A stretch of 64,000 nucleotides of DNA, from sequence record MK514281.1, one strand, 5' to 3'. Below are positions 26,506-37,598 of the stretch, piece by piece. Each line of letters opens with the position of its first letter. Position 1 is the first letter of the stretch. The notes below the pieces were generated by a model, which ran no database searches, was not told where the DNA came from, and saw only the letters and a list, made by a program, of their open reading frames with translations. Position numbers and translations under genes: made by a program.

Positions 26506-27972
26506 ATGTCTATTGATCTGATCGCTTCCTTTATCGACGATTCGGGCAATGTCCCGATGACGGCGCTGACCGTGGTAAAGAAAGAGAACGACGAAGCCAA
26601 CGCACAACTGCCGAAACAGGTAGCGATGCTGAAAGCCTCTAACGAACGTATCGTTGAACTTCAGTCTGTGATCGAGCGCGTACGTCGTGAAGGCATGAGC
26701 CGTGAAGTTGCCGCGATTGTTGCCTCGATTGCACCCGAAGCGCTGCCGGTTGGCTACGGTGCTGAAGGTTTCACTGAGCAACCCTCAAAGCTCGGGATGG
26801 CCGCTGGTCTGGAATCGATCACCGCCTATGTGATTGATGGCATCAAACGTCTGATCGCATTCCTGATTGATAAGGCCAAGAAAGCCGCTGCCTTTATTGT
26901 GGATCAGTATCGTCGTCTGACGGGCATTGCTCCCACTGCGTACAAGATCGATCGTCGTGCTGCTTATCTTACGGCGATGTCTGTCCGGTTTGCTCAGCAC
27001 TTCGGTACGGATCTGGCGACCCTGTTAGAGCAGGATATCAATGCCGGCTTTACCAGTATCGAAAGTACCCGTATGGTATTAAGCGGAATGTTTGCTGATG
27101 CGGAAGTGCTGCAGGCGGATCTGTCTAAATATGGCAAGCACATCAATGTCATGTCCAAACAGATCGAAGCGTTACTGGCAGATGCGCCAGCACGTGTGGT
27201 GCGGGTCAATGCGATTGTTAATGATGTCACGGTATCGCGCAATGGCAGCAACGATCGCAGTGCAGAGATCCTGCGTCTGATCGACACCCGTAACCTCGAT
27301 GCCCTGGTTAGTACGTTGCGCAGCGTAAGTAAGTTACTGGTCAGCAGCCCGATGTACAAATCCACTGGCGCCGGTAAAGACGGCAAAATCAAACAGACTA
27401 TCCTTGAGCAGTTAAACAGCGATGGTTTCCGTGAGATGATGTCCGGTCTTTCCATGGCTGCTAATGCTGGCATGACCCACACCATGGACATGACGGATGC
27501 CTCGGCGATCATTCGCTCACGTAATCTGGCTGAGGCTGTTAAAGAGCTCACCAATTACGAAGAAGTGAAGAAGCGTTCACTGGATGACCTCAAGTCTGCT
27601 ACTGGTTCGATCAACAGCAACAAATATGTGCAGGCCGCTGAACAGTCACCGGGTGATGACCCGACCATGGCAGCTGTGGTGCAGTTTAACCAATACTGGG
27701 ATGATGTCACGACCGCCGTAAAAGTGGCACAGGACATCACCACCGCCTACGCGGAGACAGTATTCAAACTGCAGCTGTTCTCGGTGCGTTGTCAGGATCT
27801 GGCGCTGGTACAGTGGTCCGCTAACCCAGCCAATGCCGGCCTGGCAGAAGCCAATGCCGCGACTGAACGTCTGCAGGCGGTGGTCAAGCAGTATCTGGAT
27901 AAGGTCGTGAAGAACACCACGGGCTTGAAAGGTGCGCTGGATGACCTCGGCAAACTGGTCAATCAACTGTAA
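26506..27972 (+). CDS. Protease-processed inner head protein
   Basis: YGAE/G and AGLE/S maturation-type sites followed by an amphipathic helix; paralogous to 27982-29238. Confidence 0.7.
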   Translation: MSIDLIASFIDDSGNVPMTALTVVKKENDEANAQLPKQVAMLKASNERIVELQSVIERVRREGMSREVAAIVASIAPEALPVGYGAEGFTEQPSKLGMAAGLESITAYVIDGIKRLIAFLIDKAKKAAAFIVDQYRRLTGIAPTAYKIDRRAAYLTAMSVRFAQHFGTDLATLLEQDINAGFTSIESTRMVLSGMFADAEVLQADLSKYGKHINVMSKQIEALLADAPARVVRVNAIVNDVTVSRNGSNDRSAEILRLIDTRNLDALVSTLRSVSKLLVSSPMYKSTGAGKDGKIKQTILEQLNSDGFREMMSGLSMAANAGMTHTMDMTDASAIIRSRNLAEAVKELTNYEEVKKRSLDDLKSATGSINSNKYVQAAEQSPGDDPTMAAVVQFNQYWDDVTTAVKVAQDITTAYAETVFKLQLFSVRCQDLALVQWSANPANAGLAEANAATERLQAVVKQYLDKVVKNTTGLKGALDDLGKLVNQL

Positions 27973-27981
27973 GGAAATCGC

Positions 27982-29238
27982 ATGGAATCCACATTACTTC
28001 AAACGATCAATGAAACCACGGAGTTGTGTGACTCTTTGATTTCGTTGTCACAACGTCTTGAGATGTTGGGTCCCATTGCTGCTGAATCCGTTAACTTCGC
28101 AAAGATCCATGAATCGATTAACCTGAAGGTGGCGAAGATTGCCGCTTCGATGGAGTCGATTGAAGCTAACGGCATCAACCAGGAGGCGGTGTTAGAAATC
28201 AATACTGCCATGCCTGGTATCATTCCCAACACCATCCCTCTTAATGGATACACCAAAGCCCGCAGTCAGATGAATGTGGGGTTTGCCTTAGAGTCGTTGG
28301 AGTCAGGTAAAGCAGCAATGATCTCCGGTTCAGTAACAGGGATCGTGGCCGTGATCGTCAAACTGTTTCGTTGGGTTGTCATGACCATCAAGCAGTATGT
28401 CAAATCACGCCGTGATGCGAACCGTCTCGGTGTCTCTGTGACACAAGCACTGCAACGTGCGGGAACGATCAACGAATACCTGTTAGAACAGTTGGCAAAA
28501 ACCCCAGAAGCCAAAGCCGCCCGTCCGGGCTTTGAATGGTTGGTATCGATCTGGCGTCCGCAGGCTGGGATCTTTAAGTTCAATGAAGATGCACTGGTGC
28601 AGTGGTGGCCAGAACTCGTCAATGAACTGGAGTACGAATACAACCAGATCAGCAAGGCGTTTGACATGCTGCGTAGCGGTGGGTCGTTTGTCCCGAACAT
28701 TGCGAAAGCGCATCAGTCCCCCTCCATGAAGCGTTTCTTTGAAGCCTTACCGCAAGGGACGGATCGTCAAGGGAACATCGTTGAGGTAGAGCTGGCGAAG
28801 AAGCAGTTTCAGGAGAACCCACAGCGTGCGTTGTTCCAGCTGGCTGAGCGTCTGCGCTACATGATCATGCGTGAGCCTAAATCAAAAGGTACTGACTTTG
28901 GGCAAGAGCTGATCTCAGTAGGTCGCAGTATTGAAGCCTACACCAATGTGGATCGTCTGGTGTTTGATCAGCTGAATACCTACGACACCAACAATCGATT
29001 AGGGAAACTGGAAGAGGCGTTTGGTGCGTTGTATAAGCAAGTCCAAGCCACACGCTACACTGCAGACAAAGCCCTGGTTGATGAGTTCGTGGGTTACCTG
29101 AACCGTTATTCAGAAAAGCTTAACTGTTTCGTGCAACTGATCACCATTGTGAGTTACCTGGATAGCTGTAGTTTCCAGATCCTTGACAATGTCTCCAAAG
29201 CTACCATGAAGTACGTTGATATTGCTGCCAGTAATTAA
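27982..29238 (+). CDS. Protease-processed inner head protein
   Basis: PLNGYTKARSQMNVGFALE/SLE/S parallels PVGYGAEGFTEQPSKLGMAAGLE/S of the upstream gene. Confidence 0.7.
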   Translation: MESTLLQTINETTELCDSLISLSQRLEMLGPIAAESVNFAKIHESINLKVAKIAASMESIEANGINQEAVLEINTAMPGIIPNTIPLNGYTKARSQMNVGFALESLESGKAAMISGSVTGIVAVIVKLFRWVVMTIKQYVKSRRDANRLGVSVTQALQRAGTINEYLLEQLAKTPEAKAARPGFEWLVSIWRPQAGIFKFNEDALVQWWPELVNELEYEYNQISKAFDMLRSGGSFVPNIAKAHQSPSMKRFFEALPQGTDRQGNIVEVELAKKQFQENPQRALFQLAERLRYMIMREPKSKGTDFGQELISVGRSIEAYTNVDRLVFDQLNTYDTNNRLGKLEEAFGALYKQVQATRYTADKALVDEFVGYLNRYSEKLNCFVQLITIVSYLDSCSFQILDNVSKATMKYVDIAASN

Positions 29239-29240
29239 AT

Positions 29241-29292
29241 CGGCATAAAGGCCTGGCCTTCCTTGCGGAGGGCCAGAGCCTTGCTTATGCCG
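29241..29292. terminator. Bidirectional CGGCATAA-hairpin-TTATGCCG
   Basis: cggcataa-aggc-ctggccttcc-ttgc-ggagggccag-agcc-ttgc-ttatgccg; the right-hand motif overlaps the TAA stop of the minus-strand gene. Confidence 0.75.
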
Positions 29293-32242
29293 TTAAGCTT
29301 GACTTCGCTGAGGTATGCTTCAGGAAGGTGATGGAGATGTCTTCTTTCACCGTTAAGGTTTCATCCGACGCCACATCTACCCGTTTCTTGATGGCACACC
29401 GCATGGTGTCATCTAATGCGGTCATGACTTTGATGTCACCGTTCACCCCGAGTGCTTTAAACTCGATGTCAACCACATCAGACGTTCGATACGGTTTCAG
29501 CGCATCAACCAGATCTGTTAGACCAAAGGTCGCCCGGGCAATCACAGCAGCAACCGCTGGACTCACTTTCGCTGACAGGTTGTCACGCAACGAGGTGTTC
29601 TTGTAACCGTTGTCGGTCATGTAGAAGGTTACGTCAAAACCAATCGCGGCGGAGATCTGACGAGACTCTCGTGCATTGGCAATCACATCGATCAAGCCCA
29701 GGGTTTGTTTCGGTCGTAACGACACCGTGGTCTTCTCAAGCAACTGCCGCTTCACCGTAACCATATCTTGCGTCACCCAGTCAACCAGATCAGAGATCAC
29801 ATCAGTGATGTATGTCTTATCCAGCGGGTTACCGGTAAAGTAGTAGACACCATCCAGACCCACCACATCGATCTCACGCACCACCACACGTTCATTAAGC
29901 GGGATAGGGTTACCTTGCTCATCCGACTTAATGTCACCCACCCGATAACGATAGATGATGTTGTTATCAGCGTCATACATGATGTCGCCTTTGGCGTGCA
30001 GGATGATCGGTTGGTTGTTGCTGTCAAACACCAATTGGTTAGTGACCGCATCACGCTGATACACTGTCTCTGCATAGCGCCATGGTACATCGACATCGTA
30101 CTTCTGATACTCGATGTCAGACACCACTGAACGCGACCGCTGGTACAGGTAGGTCAGGGCTTTGCCCATCACCACATCGTAGGACTGCTCCGTCACCACC
30201 ACGAACTGCTGATCCAGGTAGAAACTCCCCAGCTTCTTATCACTGTCGCTGTACACCACATCGTTCGGTGATTTGGCCACCGCAATACAGTTCAGCAGGA
30301 TGAAGTTCTTTTCCAGTACCGAGCGCAACTTAGACGGTGCATTACCAAACTGACCAAAGGAGGTCAGGATGATCTCGTCCTCGTTGGTGATGTCGAGATT
30401 ACTGTCAATGTCAAACTGCCAGACACGTTCGCGGGTTGCTGTCCGACCGATCATCACGCCATTGAGGTAGCCGTAGTTGCTTTCCCCTTCTGGCATGAAC
30501 AGTAACTGACACGCCACATCGCTGTCTGCCAGGTCTTTGTAGTAATCACCTGAACTCGTCACCACGGTTGCTCTAAAGCCATTGGTGGTTTTGGTAAAGG
30601 TAAAACTGTCCGCCACAAGTTCAACACCGATGGAGTTGTTCTCATAGCTGAATACCCGACCTGCTACAGAAGGACGATCCAGATCATAGACCCGAGTGGT
30701 AAACGCATCGTTATTCGCATCCAACACCATGTAGAAAGGTGAGAACATGAACACGTTGTTGTTGACCGTCAAGGCACGACTGTCTAATCCCGCACCGTTG
30801 ATCGTAGCCAGCTCCGCATCGGATACCATGTTGTAGATGCCGTTGACCAGCCGGTATAAGGCGGTCGGGGTGATGGTGATGCGATTGCCGTTGTCACGCA
30901 CTGCGGTATTACTGACCAACTGCAACATCGATGACTGCAGGGTAATGATCCCGGTACCGGCCGGCGTGTTGATACCAGACTTGTTGGTCTGCGGATTCAG
31001 TGACCGTGTCGCATGGTAAATACGTTGCGTCACTGTGTCTTCTGATTTCAATGCCCCGTAGCCTAAATCGACCAGGGTTTGTGAGACCTGCGCTTCAGTA
31101 ATCGGTAAGACCGTTTTATTGGCCGAATAGATCACCGCTTCCCGCAACGCTTCAACACTGAGACCGTTCACCCCACCGCTGACACCGCTGCTGATCGACA
31201 TGGTCTTTTCATTAAAGACGGTCAATGGGGTAGAGTACTTATCCAACACCCGATCTTCGTAATTGAAGTCACGGTAGACCGCACTGATCGAAGAAGACTG
31301 CAGCGCCAGCGTTTCGATAACCAGGTTACCTTTACTGGTGTAGACATCCGCCCGCACCTGACGACCCACTGCCAGATTGTTGGAGATGTAGATTTCCGGT
31401 AGCACAACCTTCACTGAGTCTTCTAACACCTGGGCGACGAAGGTCAGCTTGGTGTTGTCATAGACCAGGTCATCATGGGTGACGTACGCCTCTTCCCACT
31501 CATCGGTCACATTCGCCCGCGTAAAGACGCGCAGGTAATAGAACTGATCACCTTTTAATGGATAGGTATTGCGATACCCACTCATGCTGGTAATCTGACC
31601 GTAATAAGGCTGGGCTTTGAACTGACGTAAAGGTACCGTGATGTAGAGCAGTTCAACCCCGTTGAAGATCGCAGTGCGCCAGGTTAACTGGTTGGTTTCA
31701 ACCGTCAGTAACGGGCTGGGTTGCGACACATCGTACACCACCACAAAGCCGCCATGTTTCATCACCCGGATTTCAATCGGATACTCCAGACTGAAGGTGA
31801 CATCCATCACCGTGATTTCCGTGTTGCGCGGAATCACCATCTTCGAGTAGATGCTGTCGATGTCATCGCTACCACTGCTGTCGAGTTGCACCGCTCGTGC
31901 CCGAATCTCATCGGCATTGAAAATGAAGTTGGTGGTGATACGTGACGGAGTACAGAAACGGTTCTTGTAATCCTCATCACTCATGTTGCGATACAGATCT
32001 TCATACGTCCGCGCCATCTTCGGGTAGTACGCCGTATAAAGGTCTTCATGGTTTTGCATCACCGCTGAACCGGTCAGGGCAACCAGCTCAAAAGCAAACA
32101 TCGCAGGGTTGGTGGCATTCATGATATCAATCGTGCCGTCCATGTTTTGGTCTAACAGATCGAGTGTGTAGTCCATCATCAACGATGGATCATTACGCAG
32201 GTCGATCATTTTCTGTTTACGTACGTCGATGCTGTCGCTCAT
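29285..32242 (-). CDS. Large virion structural protein, putative baseplate wedge (phiKZ gp87-like position)
   Basis: 985 aa beta-rich; TSKG...; SGGVNGLSVEALREAV resembles T4 gp6/baseplate-J segment; synteny. Confidence 0.65.
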   Translation of the reverse strand: MSDSIDVRKQKMIDLRNDPSLMMDYTLDLLDQNMDGTIDIMNATNPAMFAFELVALTGSAVMQNHEDLYTAYYPKMARTYEDLYRNMSDEDYKNRFCTPSRITTNFIFNADEIRARAVQLDSSGSDDIDSIYSKMVIPRNTEITVMDVTFSLEYPIEIRVMKHGGFVVVYDVSQPSPLLTVETNQLTWRTAIFNGVELLYITVPLRQFKAQPYYGQITSMSGYRNTYPLKGDQFYYLRVFTRANVTDEWEEAYVTHDDLVYDNTKLTFVAQVLEDSVKVVLPEIYISNNLAVGRQVRADVYTSKGNLVIETLALQSSSISAVYRDFNYEDRVLDKYSTPLTVFNEKTMSISSGVSGGVNGLSVEALREAVIYSANKTVLPITEAQVSQTLVDLGYGALKSEDTVTQRIYHATRSLNPQTNKSGINTPAGTGIITLQSSMLQLVSNTAVRDNGNRITITPTALYRLVNGIYNMVSDAELATINGAGLDSRALTVNNNVFMFSPFYMVLDANNDAFTTRVYDLDRPSVAGRVFSYENNSIGVELVADSFTFTKTTNGFRATVVTSSGDYYKDLADSDVACQLLFMPEGESNYGYLNGVMIGRTATRERVWQFDIDSNLDITNEDEIILTSFGQFGNAPSKLRSVLEKNFILLNCIAVAKSPNDVVYSDSDKKLGSFYLDQQFVVVTEQSYDVVMGKALTYLYQRSRSVVSDIEYQKYDVDVPWRYAETVYQRDAVTNQLVFDSNNQPIILHAKGDIMYDADNNIIYRYRVGDIKSDEQGNPIPLNERVVVREIDVVGLDGVYYFTGNPLDKTYITDVISDLVDWVTQDMVTVKRQLLEKTTVSLRPKQTLGLIDVIANARESRQISAAIGFDVTFYMTDNGYKNTSLRDNLSAKVSPAVAAVIARATFGLTDLVDALKPYRTSDVVDIEFKALGVNGDIKVMTALDDTMRCAIKKRVDVASDETLTVKEDISITFLKHTSAKSSLTA

Positions 32243-32251
32243 CGTAGCCTC

Positions 32252-33277
32252 TTATTTTTGATCCTTCGGAACCCACCACTGGAATTCGTTCGTCATCACG
32301 TCGATATAAGGATAACCAATAAAGTTGTAGCGCTGCATTTCACCCGGGGAGATTTTGCGGAAGAACGTGTTACGGTTTGCGGCTTTCATCTGCGGGTTAA
32401 ATAACTCGACACAACTGTTGAAATCCAGGATCAGGGATTGCGTGTTATAGCGCCAGCCCACACACTGCCAGTTACAACTGATTTGGTTATTGTTCTTGAT
32501 CAGTGGGGTGTCTTTGGTGGTGCCAAAGTCAAACGCATTACCAATCGGGTTGGTGGTACAGATTGCTGCGTAGGGTGCACCGATCTTCGTCACATAGCGT
32601 GAAGTCTGATCCAGGATGATGCGATAGAAGCGCATGGTGTAATCAATATAGTTGTTAACAATGGCGTCCCAGTAGGGAACCATGTCGCCAAGGTATACCG
32701 ATGAGCTGTACGTTTGCAGCAGATCCAGGATCATGGTGATCGGGTCACCTGAGATGTTGGTGTGCGTTGATGTCACCTGATAGGCTTCATTAAACTCCGA
32801 CTGACCATCAACCATCGACCAGGTTTCTTTACGTGAGCCTGGTGGTGCAGTAAAGGTATCGATCACGATATCGGGAAAACCGGTCATCGATTCCAGGGTG
32901 TTTGATAAAATGGACACGAAGGCCTGTTGGTTATCAAACAGTCTGGAGTAGCTTTTTCGATCAATTGTGCCGGTCGCATCAAACATCGAACGGATCGCAC
33001 CTGGGATCGTATCGGCGTTGTTTGAAGCAAGCGAAAGCAGCTTTTCTTGTCGATTCAGATTATCGTATGACAGGTTAAGGATTGGGCGTGTGAAAAAGGT
33101 ATACCCCATGACGTCTTTGTTGATGGGTAGAAAGGCGCTACGGTTACTGAATTTGTTCAAACCCCAATAGTTATGCGCAAGCGATGAGGTTACACTACCA
33201 TACCCGGACTCCCTTGCAGCCGAGTCAATACTCTCGGTCCACAACCCAGGATTGTAGTCGTCATTGTCATTGGCCAT
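32252..33277 (-). CDS. Virion tail/baseplate protein, tube-like fold (phiKZ gp88-like position)
   Basis: 341 aa; GYTFFTRPILNLS; co-oriented with the 985-aa gene; synteny. Confidence 0.6.
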   Translation of the reverse strand: MANDNDDYNPGLWTESIDSAARESGYGSVTSSLAHNYWGLNKFSNRSAFLPINKDVMGYTFFTRPILNLSYDNLNRQEKLLSLASNNADTIPGAIRSMFDATGTIDRKSYSRLFDNQQAFVSILSNTLESMTGFPDIVIDTFTAPPGSRKETWSMVDGQSEFNEAYQVTSTHTNISGDPITMILDLLQTYSSSVYLGDMVPYWDAIVNNYIDYTMRFYRIILDQTSRYVTKIGAPYAAICTTNPIGNAFDFGTTKDTPLIKNNNQISCNWQCVGWRYNTQSLILDFNSCVELFNPQMKAANRNTFFRKISPGEMQRYNFIGYPYIDVMTNEFQWWVPKDQK

Positions 33278-33330
33278 TACTCATCACCTCTTTGAAATAG
33301 AATATCCGTTGAATCCATAGGAGTACTTTT

Positions 33331-34497
33331 ATGTTACCATTAGTTACGGGGGCGATTACACTGGCCAGTTCGCTTGCGCTTGTCGCCGAACGTATTCTGG
33401 CAGCCAAGAAAGCTGCTGGTGAAGTCGCTGGTACTGTTGACAATACGTTGGCCACGTTAGGCCAGATGGGCACACGTGATTTGGTAACCTTTACCAAGGT
33501 GACCCGCATGGAACCTCTGGTGTTGTTAGATGATCGTTTGAAGTTTGATCCTTCGACCCCGGAGATCCTGCAAGTACTGACCAGTTTGATTGCCGGCTAC
33601 TATACCCAGGCGTTTGCCCTGCTGGGCCAGGTCGACGGTATTGACGTCATCGGCACCCTGGATAAGCTGAACCCGTCACGTACTGGTATTGGCCTGAACA
33701 ACTTTGAAGGTGATCTTGAGAAAGACGGCCTCCATAAATTTAGTAACCAGTCAAATACCCCTCTCTATAGTATCGGGCTGGAAGCACTGACTGAAGTGCA
33801 GAGCGCCGAGAACAAGCCGGTTAAAATCCAGACCGATAAAAATGTCGTGGCTGATATTTCGGCACCGACTAACCTGGCGCTGGGTAAGATGATCAAGGTG
33901 ACCTTGTCAGCTAATGGCAACACCATTGAGATCCCAATCACCATCCGTGTGAAACCTGTCACTACCGGTAGCGATGCCGTTACGGCGATTCTGGCTATTG
34001 GTACCACGAAGAACACCGTGGCTGAGCGCTGGAACCGTTTCAAAGCCGGTGAGCTGACCTTCACTAACCTGGCTACTGGTGATGACGTGATTCGTCAACA
34101 CAAGAAGATCCTGGTGCAGGATACCTCGGGCTTCTATGCCGAGATCACCCGTCGTGCCCGTGGTAATGCGAAGAAAGGTGCCCTGTCCGGTAACCTGTCG
34201 CTGGCTACGGATTCTAACGTGGTAATGATCTCTTCAGCCACGGCGCTGGATGTGGGTCGCGAGCTCGGTGGTGAACTGTCCAACTTCCGTATCCGTGAAG
34301 CGATGTTCGCCAAGGTGTACTCTAACATGCTGATCATCGTGGATGACCTGCGTGGCATGGTCTCCTTCTACTACCGCGGTGAGTCATTACCAAACGTACT
34401 GTCGCTGCAGGATATCAAACTGTATAACAAAGGCAGCGGTCCAGACATCATGTCGATCTTCAGTGCGTTTGCTGAAAACAAAATCCCTTCCCTTTAA
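33331..34497 (+). CDS. Virion head protein (phiKZ gp89-like position)
   Basis: 388 aa, IGLE/A site, optimised codon usage; synteny. Confidence 0.65.
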   Translation: MLPLVTGAITLASSLALVAERILAAKKAAGEVAGTVDNTLATLGQMGTRDLVTFTKVTRMEPLVLLDDRLKFDPSTPEILQVLTSLIAGYYTQAFALLGQVDGIDVIGTLDKLNPSRTGIGLNNFEGDLEKDGLHKFSNQSNTPLYSIGLEALTEVQSAENKPVKIQTDKNVVADISAPTNLALGKMIKVTLSANGNTIEIPITIRVKPVTTGSDAVTAILAIGTTKNTVAERWNRFKAGELTFTNLATGDDVIRQHKKILVQDTSGFYAEITRRARGNAKKGALSGNLSLATDSNVVMISSATALDVGRELGGELSNFRIREAMFAKVYSNMLIIVDDLRGMVSFYYRGESLPNVLSLQDIKLYNKGSGPDIMSIFSAFAENKIPSL

Positions 34498-34509
34498 GGA
34501 TCTCGTTCG

Positions 34510-35403
34510 ATGAACATTTTTAACTACGTCAAAGGCCTGATTGGTACGGTTGACAAACGCGATGTCCTAAGCGAGATCGATGCCCTGCGTGATGAGCTCA
34601 CCCGGTTCACCATTAACAACTATGCGAAAGCCATGGATGTTAATGTCAACACCGACGGCAGTAATTACTACGTAAAACAGATCAGCCGTGAATTCGCGAA
34701 AGTGAAACAGGTTGAAGGTTTACGTGGTCAGAACCTGATCGCTCAAACGTACATCTCCTTAAAGCAGCTGACCCTGACCCTGGAGTGGATGCGCAAACAG
34801 GTTGAGCGTGAGTACGGCGGTCGTATTGCCCGTGAAGCCGTTGACTTTAAACAAGCCAACTTCCTGCGCTATATCGACTCGATCGACTTCTACCTGCGTT
34901 ACGCTCGCTCCATGCTGCTCGTGGTGACGTCCCTGAATGCTAACCCATCAGCGGATATCACTAAAGGCTTCACGGTGCATGAGATCCGTTTCCTGACCGA
35001 TACTGCTGTGCACTTCATCTACCTGACCTCGCTGTTCTCACAGCCGGTGAGTGTGACTGAGAAAGTGTTCGATGCGGTGCCATCGGTTGTGGTCTCCGAT
35101 GCGGATCAGCAAGCGATCGAAGCAGTACTGGGTAACAAGACTGATGTGGCGAGGTCTAACTTCATCCCATTGGGTTACAACCCGTTCTTCCTGATTGGTC
35201 GTCTGCGTGCTGAACGTCGTGTGAAACGCCTGCGGGCAGCTGAAGCGGCAGCCATTGCCACTGAGCTGACCTTGAGCAAGCTCATGGACAAACAAGCAGG
35301 CGGGTCAGAAGACCCCACCATTCAGAAACAAATTGATCATTATCAGAATCAGTTGAACCGACTGAACTTTGAGATCGATCAGATCAAATCCGAAGTAGAG
35401 TAA
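34510..35403 (+). CDS. Virion head / inner-body protein (phiKZ gp90-like position)
   Basis: 297 aa with C-terminal coiled coil; synteny. Confidence 0.6.
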   Translation: MNIFNYVKGLIGTVDKRDVLSEIDALRDELTRFTINNYAKAMDVNVNTDGSNYYVKQISREFAKVKQVEGLRGQNLIAQTYISLKQLTLTLEWMRKQVEREYGGRIAREAVDFKQANFLRYIDSIDFYLRYARSMLLVVTSLNANPSADITKGFTVHEIRFLTDTAVHFIYLTSLFSQPVSVTEKVFDAVPSVVVSDADQQAIEAVLGNKTDVARSNFIPLGYNPFFLIGRLRAERRVKRLRAAEAAAIATELTLSKLMDKQAGGSEDPTIQKQIDHYQNQLNRLNFEIDQIKSEVE

Positions 35404-35413
35404 GGAGTCCGTC

Positions 35414-35953
35414 ATGGCAGATCGTGTTAGTACTGGTGCAGAGATTATCTACGGCACCGGCTTTACCTCCCATGGCGGCCCAGGACAGCAAGGCGTAAAG
35501 ATCAACGTCGACAACAACGTCATTGATCTTTACCAGCGTTTGGCAGGCAACATCACGCTCGCCGGTAACTTTAACTTCCGAAAAGAAGTGTGTGTTACTG
35601 CTGCACGACTGTTACTGCCATTGCCAAACTGGCTCCTGGCCACCCGTAGTAATTACCTGCACTCCAAACACGCGCTGTTGTTCGCCCGTGACCTGGGGTT
35701 GATTGCAATGGGTAAGAGTCCGGACATGAGTGTGATGACGCGCATGCGTCTGTTTTCACCCAGTTCTGTGAAGTCCAACCCGGGTGAGCTGAATGCGTCG
35801 AATTACGATGCACTCTCGTTGATCCCTAATAAGTTCATTGATGAGCTGCGTACCTATTCCAATGGTGCACAGCTGGCTAACCTGACCCGCGACGCACAGC
35901 ATGTGAAAGACCTGGTCACGTCATTATATGTCATGTTTGGTTCTGTTGAATAA
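35414..35953 (+). CDS. Putative virion protein
   Basis: 179 aa, aaggag RBS, within the head operon. Confidence 0.6.
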   Translation: MADRVSTGAEIIYGTGFTSHGGPGQQGVKINVDNNVIDLYQRLAGNITLAGNFNFRKEVCVTAARLLLPLPNWLLATRSNYLHSKHALLFARDLGLIAMGKSPDMSVMTRMRLFSPSSVKSNPGELNASNYDALSLIPNKFIDELRTYSNGAQLANLTRDAQHVKDLVTSLYVMFGSVE

Positions 35954-35990
35954 CAGGCCTCAAAATCGGAATGTAGAGGATACGTAAAAA

Positions 35991-37580
35991 ATGAGTAAAG
36001 CATACCTCCATACCCTGCTGACTGCAGGTAATGAAGCGTTTGATGCAGCCGGCGAACCAGTGGGTGTGACTGTGGTTGATGCCCCGATCGAAGTGCCTGT
36101 TGTTGCAGACCCAGCAGTTGAGCCAGAAGCCCCAGCGGTAACTGATGCGCCAGTGGTTACGCAGGACCCGGTTGAGCCTGATCCAGAACCAGCAGCGGTC
36201 GTCGTTGCCATCAACGAAGATGAAAAAGAGCTGGTCATTGCGTCTACTGAAGCGGCTGCGGCCGAAGTGGTTGTGATCGAATCTGATTGCGCGCTGGAAG
36301 AAGTCGAAGACCTGCTGGACGACCAGATCCAGGTTGTGGCGGAAACTGAAAACATCGTCGCCTCTATGGAATCGTTCGTCGGTTCTGCGATGACCATGCA
36401 GGATGCGCAAGCCCTGCAGCAGTGGGTGCATAACGCCACCCGTGGTCAGTATGATCAAGCTAAAGTTGTCGGCTCTCTGGAAGCGTTCGGTAACGACGTC
36501 TCTACCGATGATGCGCTGAACGCTGGCCTGGAAGGGATCGGCGAGTTCCTGAAAGCGGCCCGTAATAAAGCAGCTGATCTGCGTAAAGTCATGGTTGCGC
36601 GCTGGAACGCATTCTTCAAAGATGTGTTCGTGGGCTTTGATAAAGTCGCACGTCGTGCTGATGCGCTGGGTAAACTGGCGAAAGGTACTTCAGGCGAATC
36701 CAATTCCTCTACTATTCAGCTGCCGCTGGATACAGCCTGGCGTCTGGTGAAAGATGGTAAGGTTTCTCAGAACCTGCCGAAAGATCTGGGTGACCTGGGT
36801 AAATTTGCCAAGGCGGTCTTTAAAGACAACCCGGAAGCGCTGCTGGTTCATCGTAAGAAACTGGTTGACATCGCTGTTCGTCTGTCTACTGCTGACTATG
36901 ACGACGCGCTGAAGATCGGCAAAGAGCTGGTGAACTTCGAACTGCCAAGCGTTGGCGTGTGCAAAACCAAAGTGGTCAACAACTCCAACACGGTTGATGT
37001 GTATCGCTCTGATGAGTTCCTGGGTGCGCTGTCTATTTTCTATTGCAAACCTGTTGACAAAATCAATGCGCAGTTACCACTGCCGCGTCAGCTGTCTGAC
37101 AAGTTCAACTCCATCATTGCGATCGATGTGAGCGTGTCTGAAACCGGTAAGAAAACACCGAAGCTGGATGTCTCTATTGATACCCTGCAGCCGGCTGAAA
37201 TCGCCAAAGTGGCTGATGATGTCAACGCTATCCTGGGCGACATCCGTCAGTACCGCACCAACTACGGTGAGTGGTATGCGGCGAACAGCGATCTGGATCG
37301 TGTGATCGGTATCCTGGCGAACGTACCGTGGTCTGGCGATGCTGGCACCACTACTGTCGACAGCACCACTGATGCCGAGGGTAATACCTCAACCATCGTG
37401 AACATCATCGGTCTGAACCGCGACCTGGCGGATGTGATTGAAGGCATGCATGACATGTATAGCTACCTGTCTGTAAGCCCGATCCGTGTCCTGTCTGCCG
37501 AACTACTGCCAATCCTGAACCGTGCACTGGAAGTGGGTGAGCGTTCTCTGGCAACCTACAGCGACAACAACCTGGCGTAA
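35991..37580 (+). CDS. Inner head protein, phiKZ internal-protein paralogue family
   Basis: TAGNE/AF; acidic propeptide; SME/S, SLE/A, AGLE/G sites. Confidence 0.75.
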   Translation: MSKAYLHTLLTAGNEAFDAAGEPVGVTVVDAPIEVPVVADPAVEPEAPAVTDAPVVTQDPVEPDPEPAAVVVAINEDEKELVIASTEAAAAEVVVIESDCALEEVEDLLDDQIQVVAETENIVASMESFVGSAMTMQDAQALQQWVHNATRGQYDQAKVVGSLEAFGNDVSTDDALNAGLEGIGEFLKAARNKAADLRKVMVARWNAFFKDVFVGFDKVARRADALGKLAKGTSGESNSSTIQLPLDTAWRLVKDGKVSQNLPKDLGDLGKFAKAVFKDNPEALLVHRKKLVDIAVRLSTADYDDALKIGKELVNFELPSVGVCKTKVVNNSNTVDVYRSDEFLGALSIFYCKPVDKINAQLPLPRQLSDKFNSIIAIDVSVSETGKKTPKLDVSIDTLQPAEIAKVADDVNAILGDIRQYRTNYGEWYAANSDLDRVIGILANVPWSGDAGTTTVDSTTDAEGNTSTIVNIIGLNRDLADVIEGMHDMYSYLSVSPIRVLSAELLPILNRALEVGERSLATYSDNNLA

Positions 37581-37598
37581 CCGTCATAAGGCAAAGAG

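Noticed and set aside
35931-36458. Two long minus-strand ORFs (175 and 159 aa)
   Set aside because: Shadows of the acidic propeptide of the 35991 gene.
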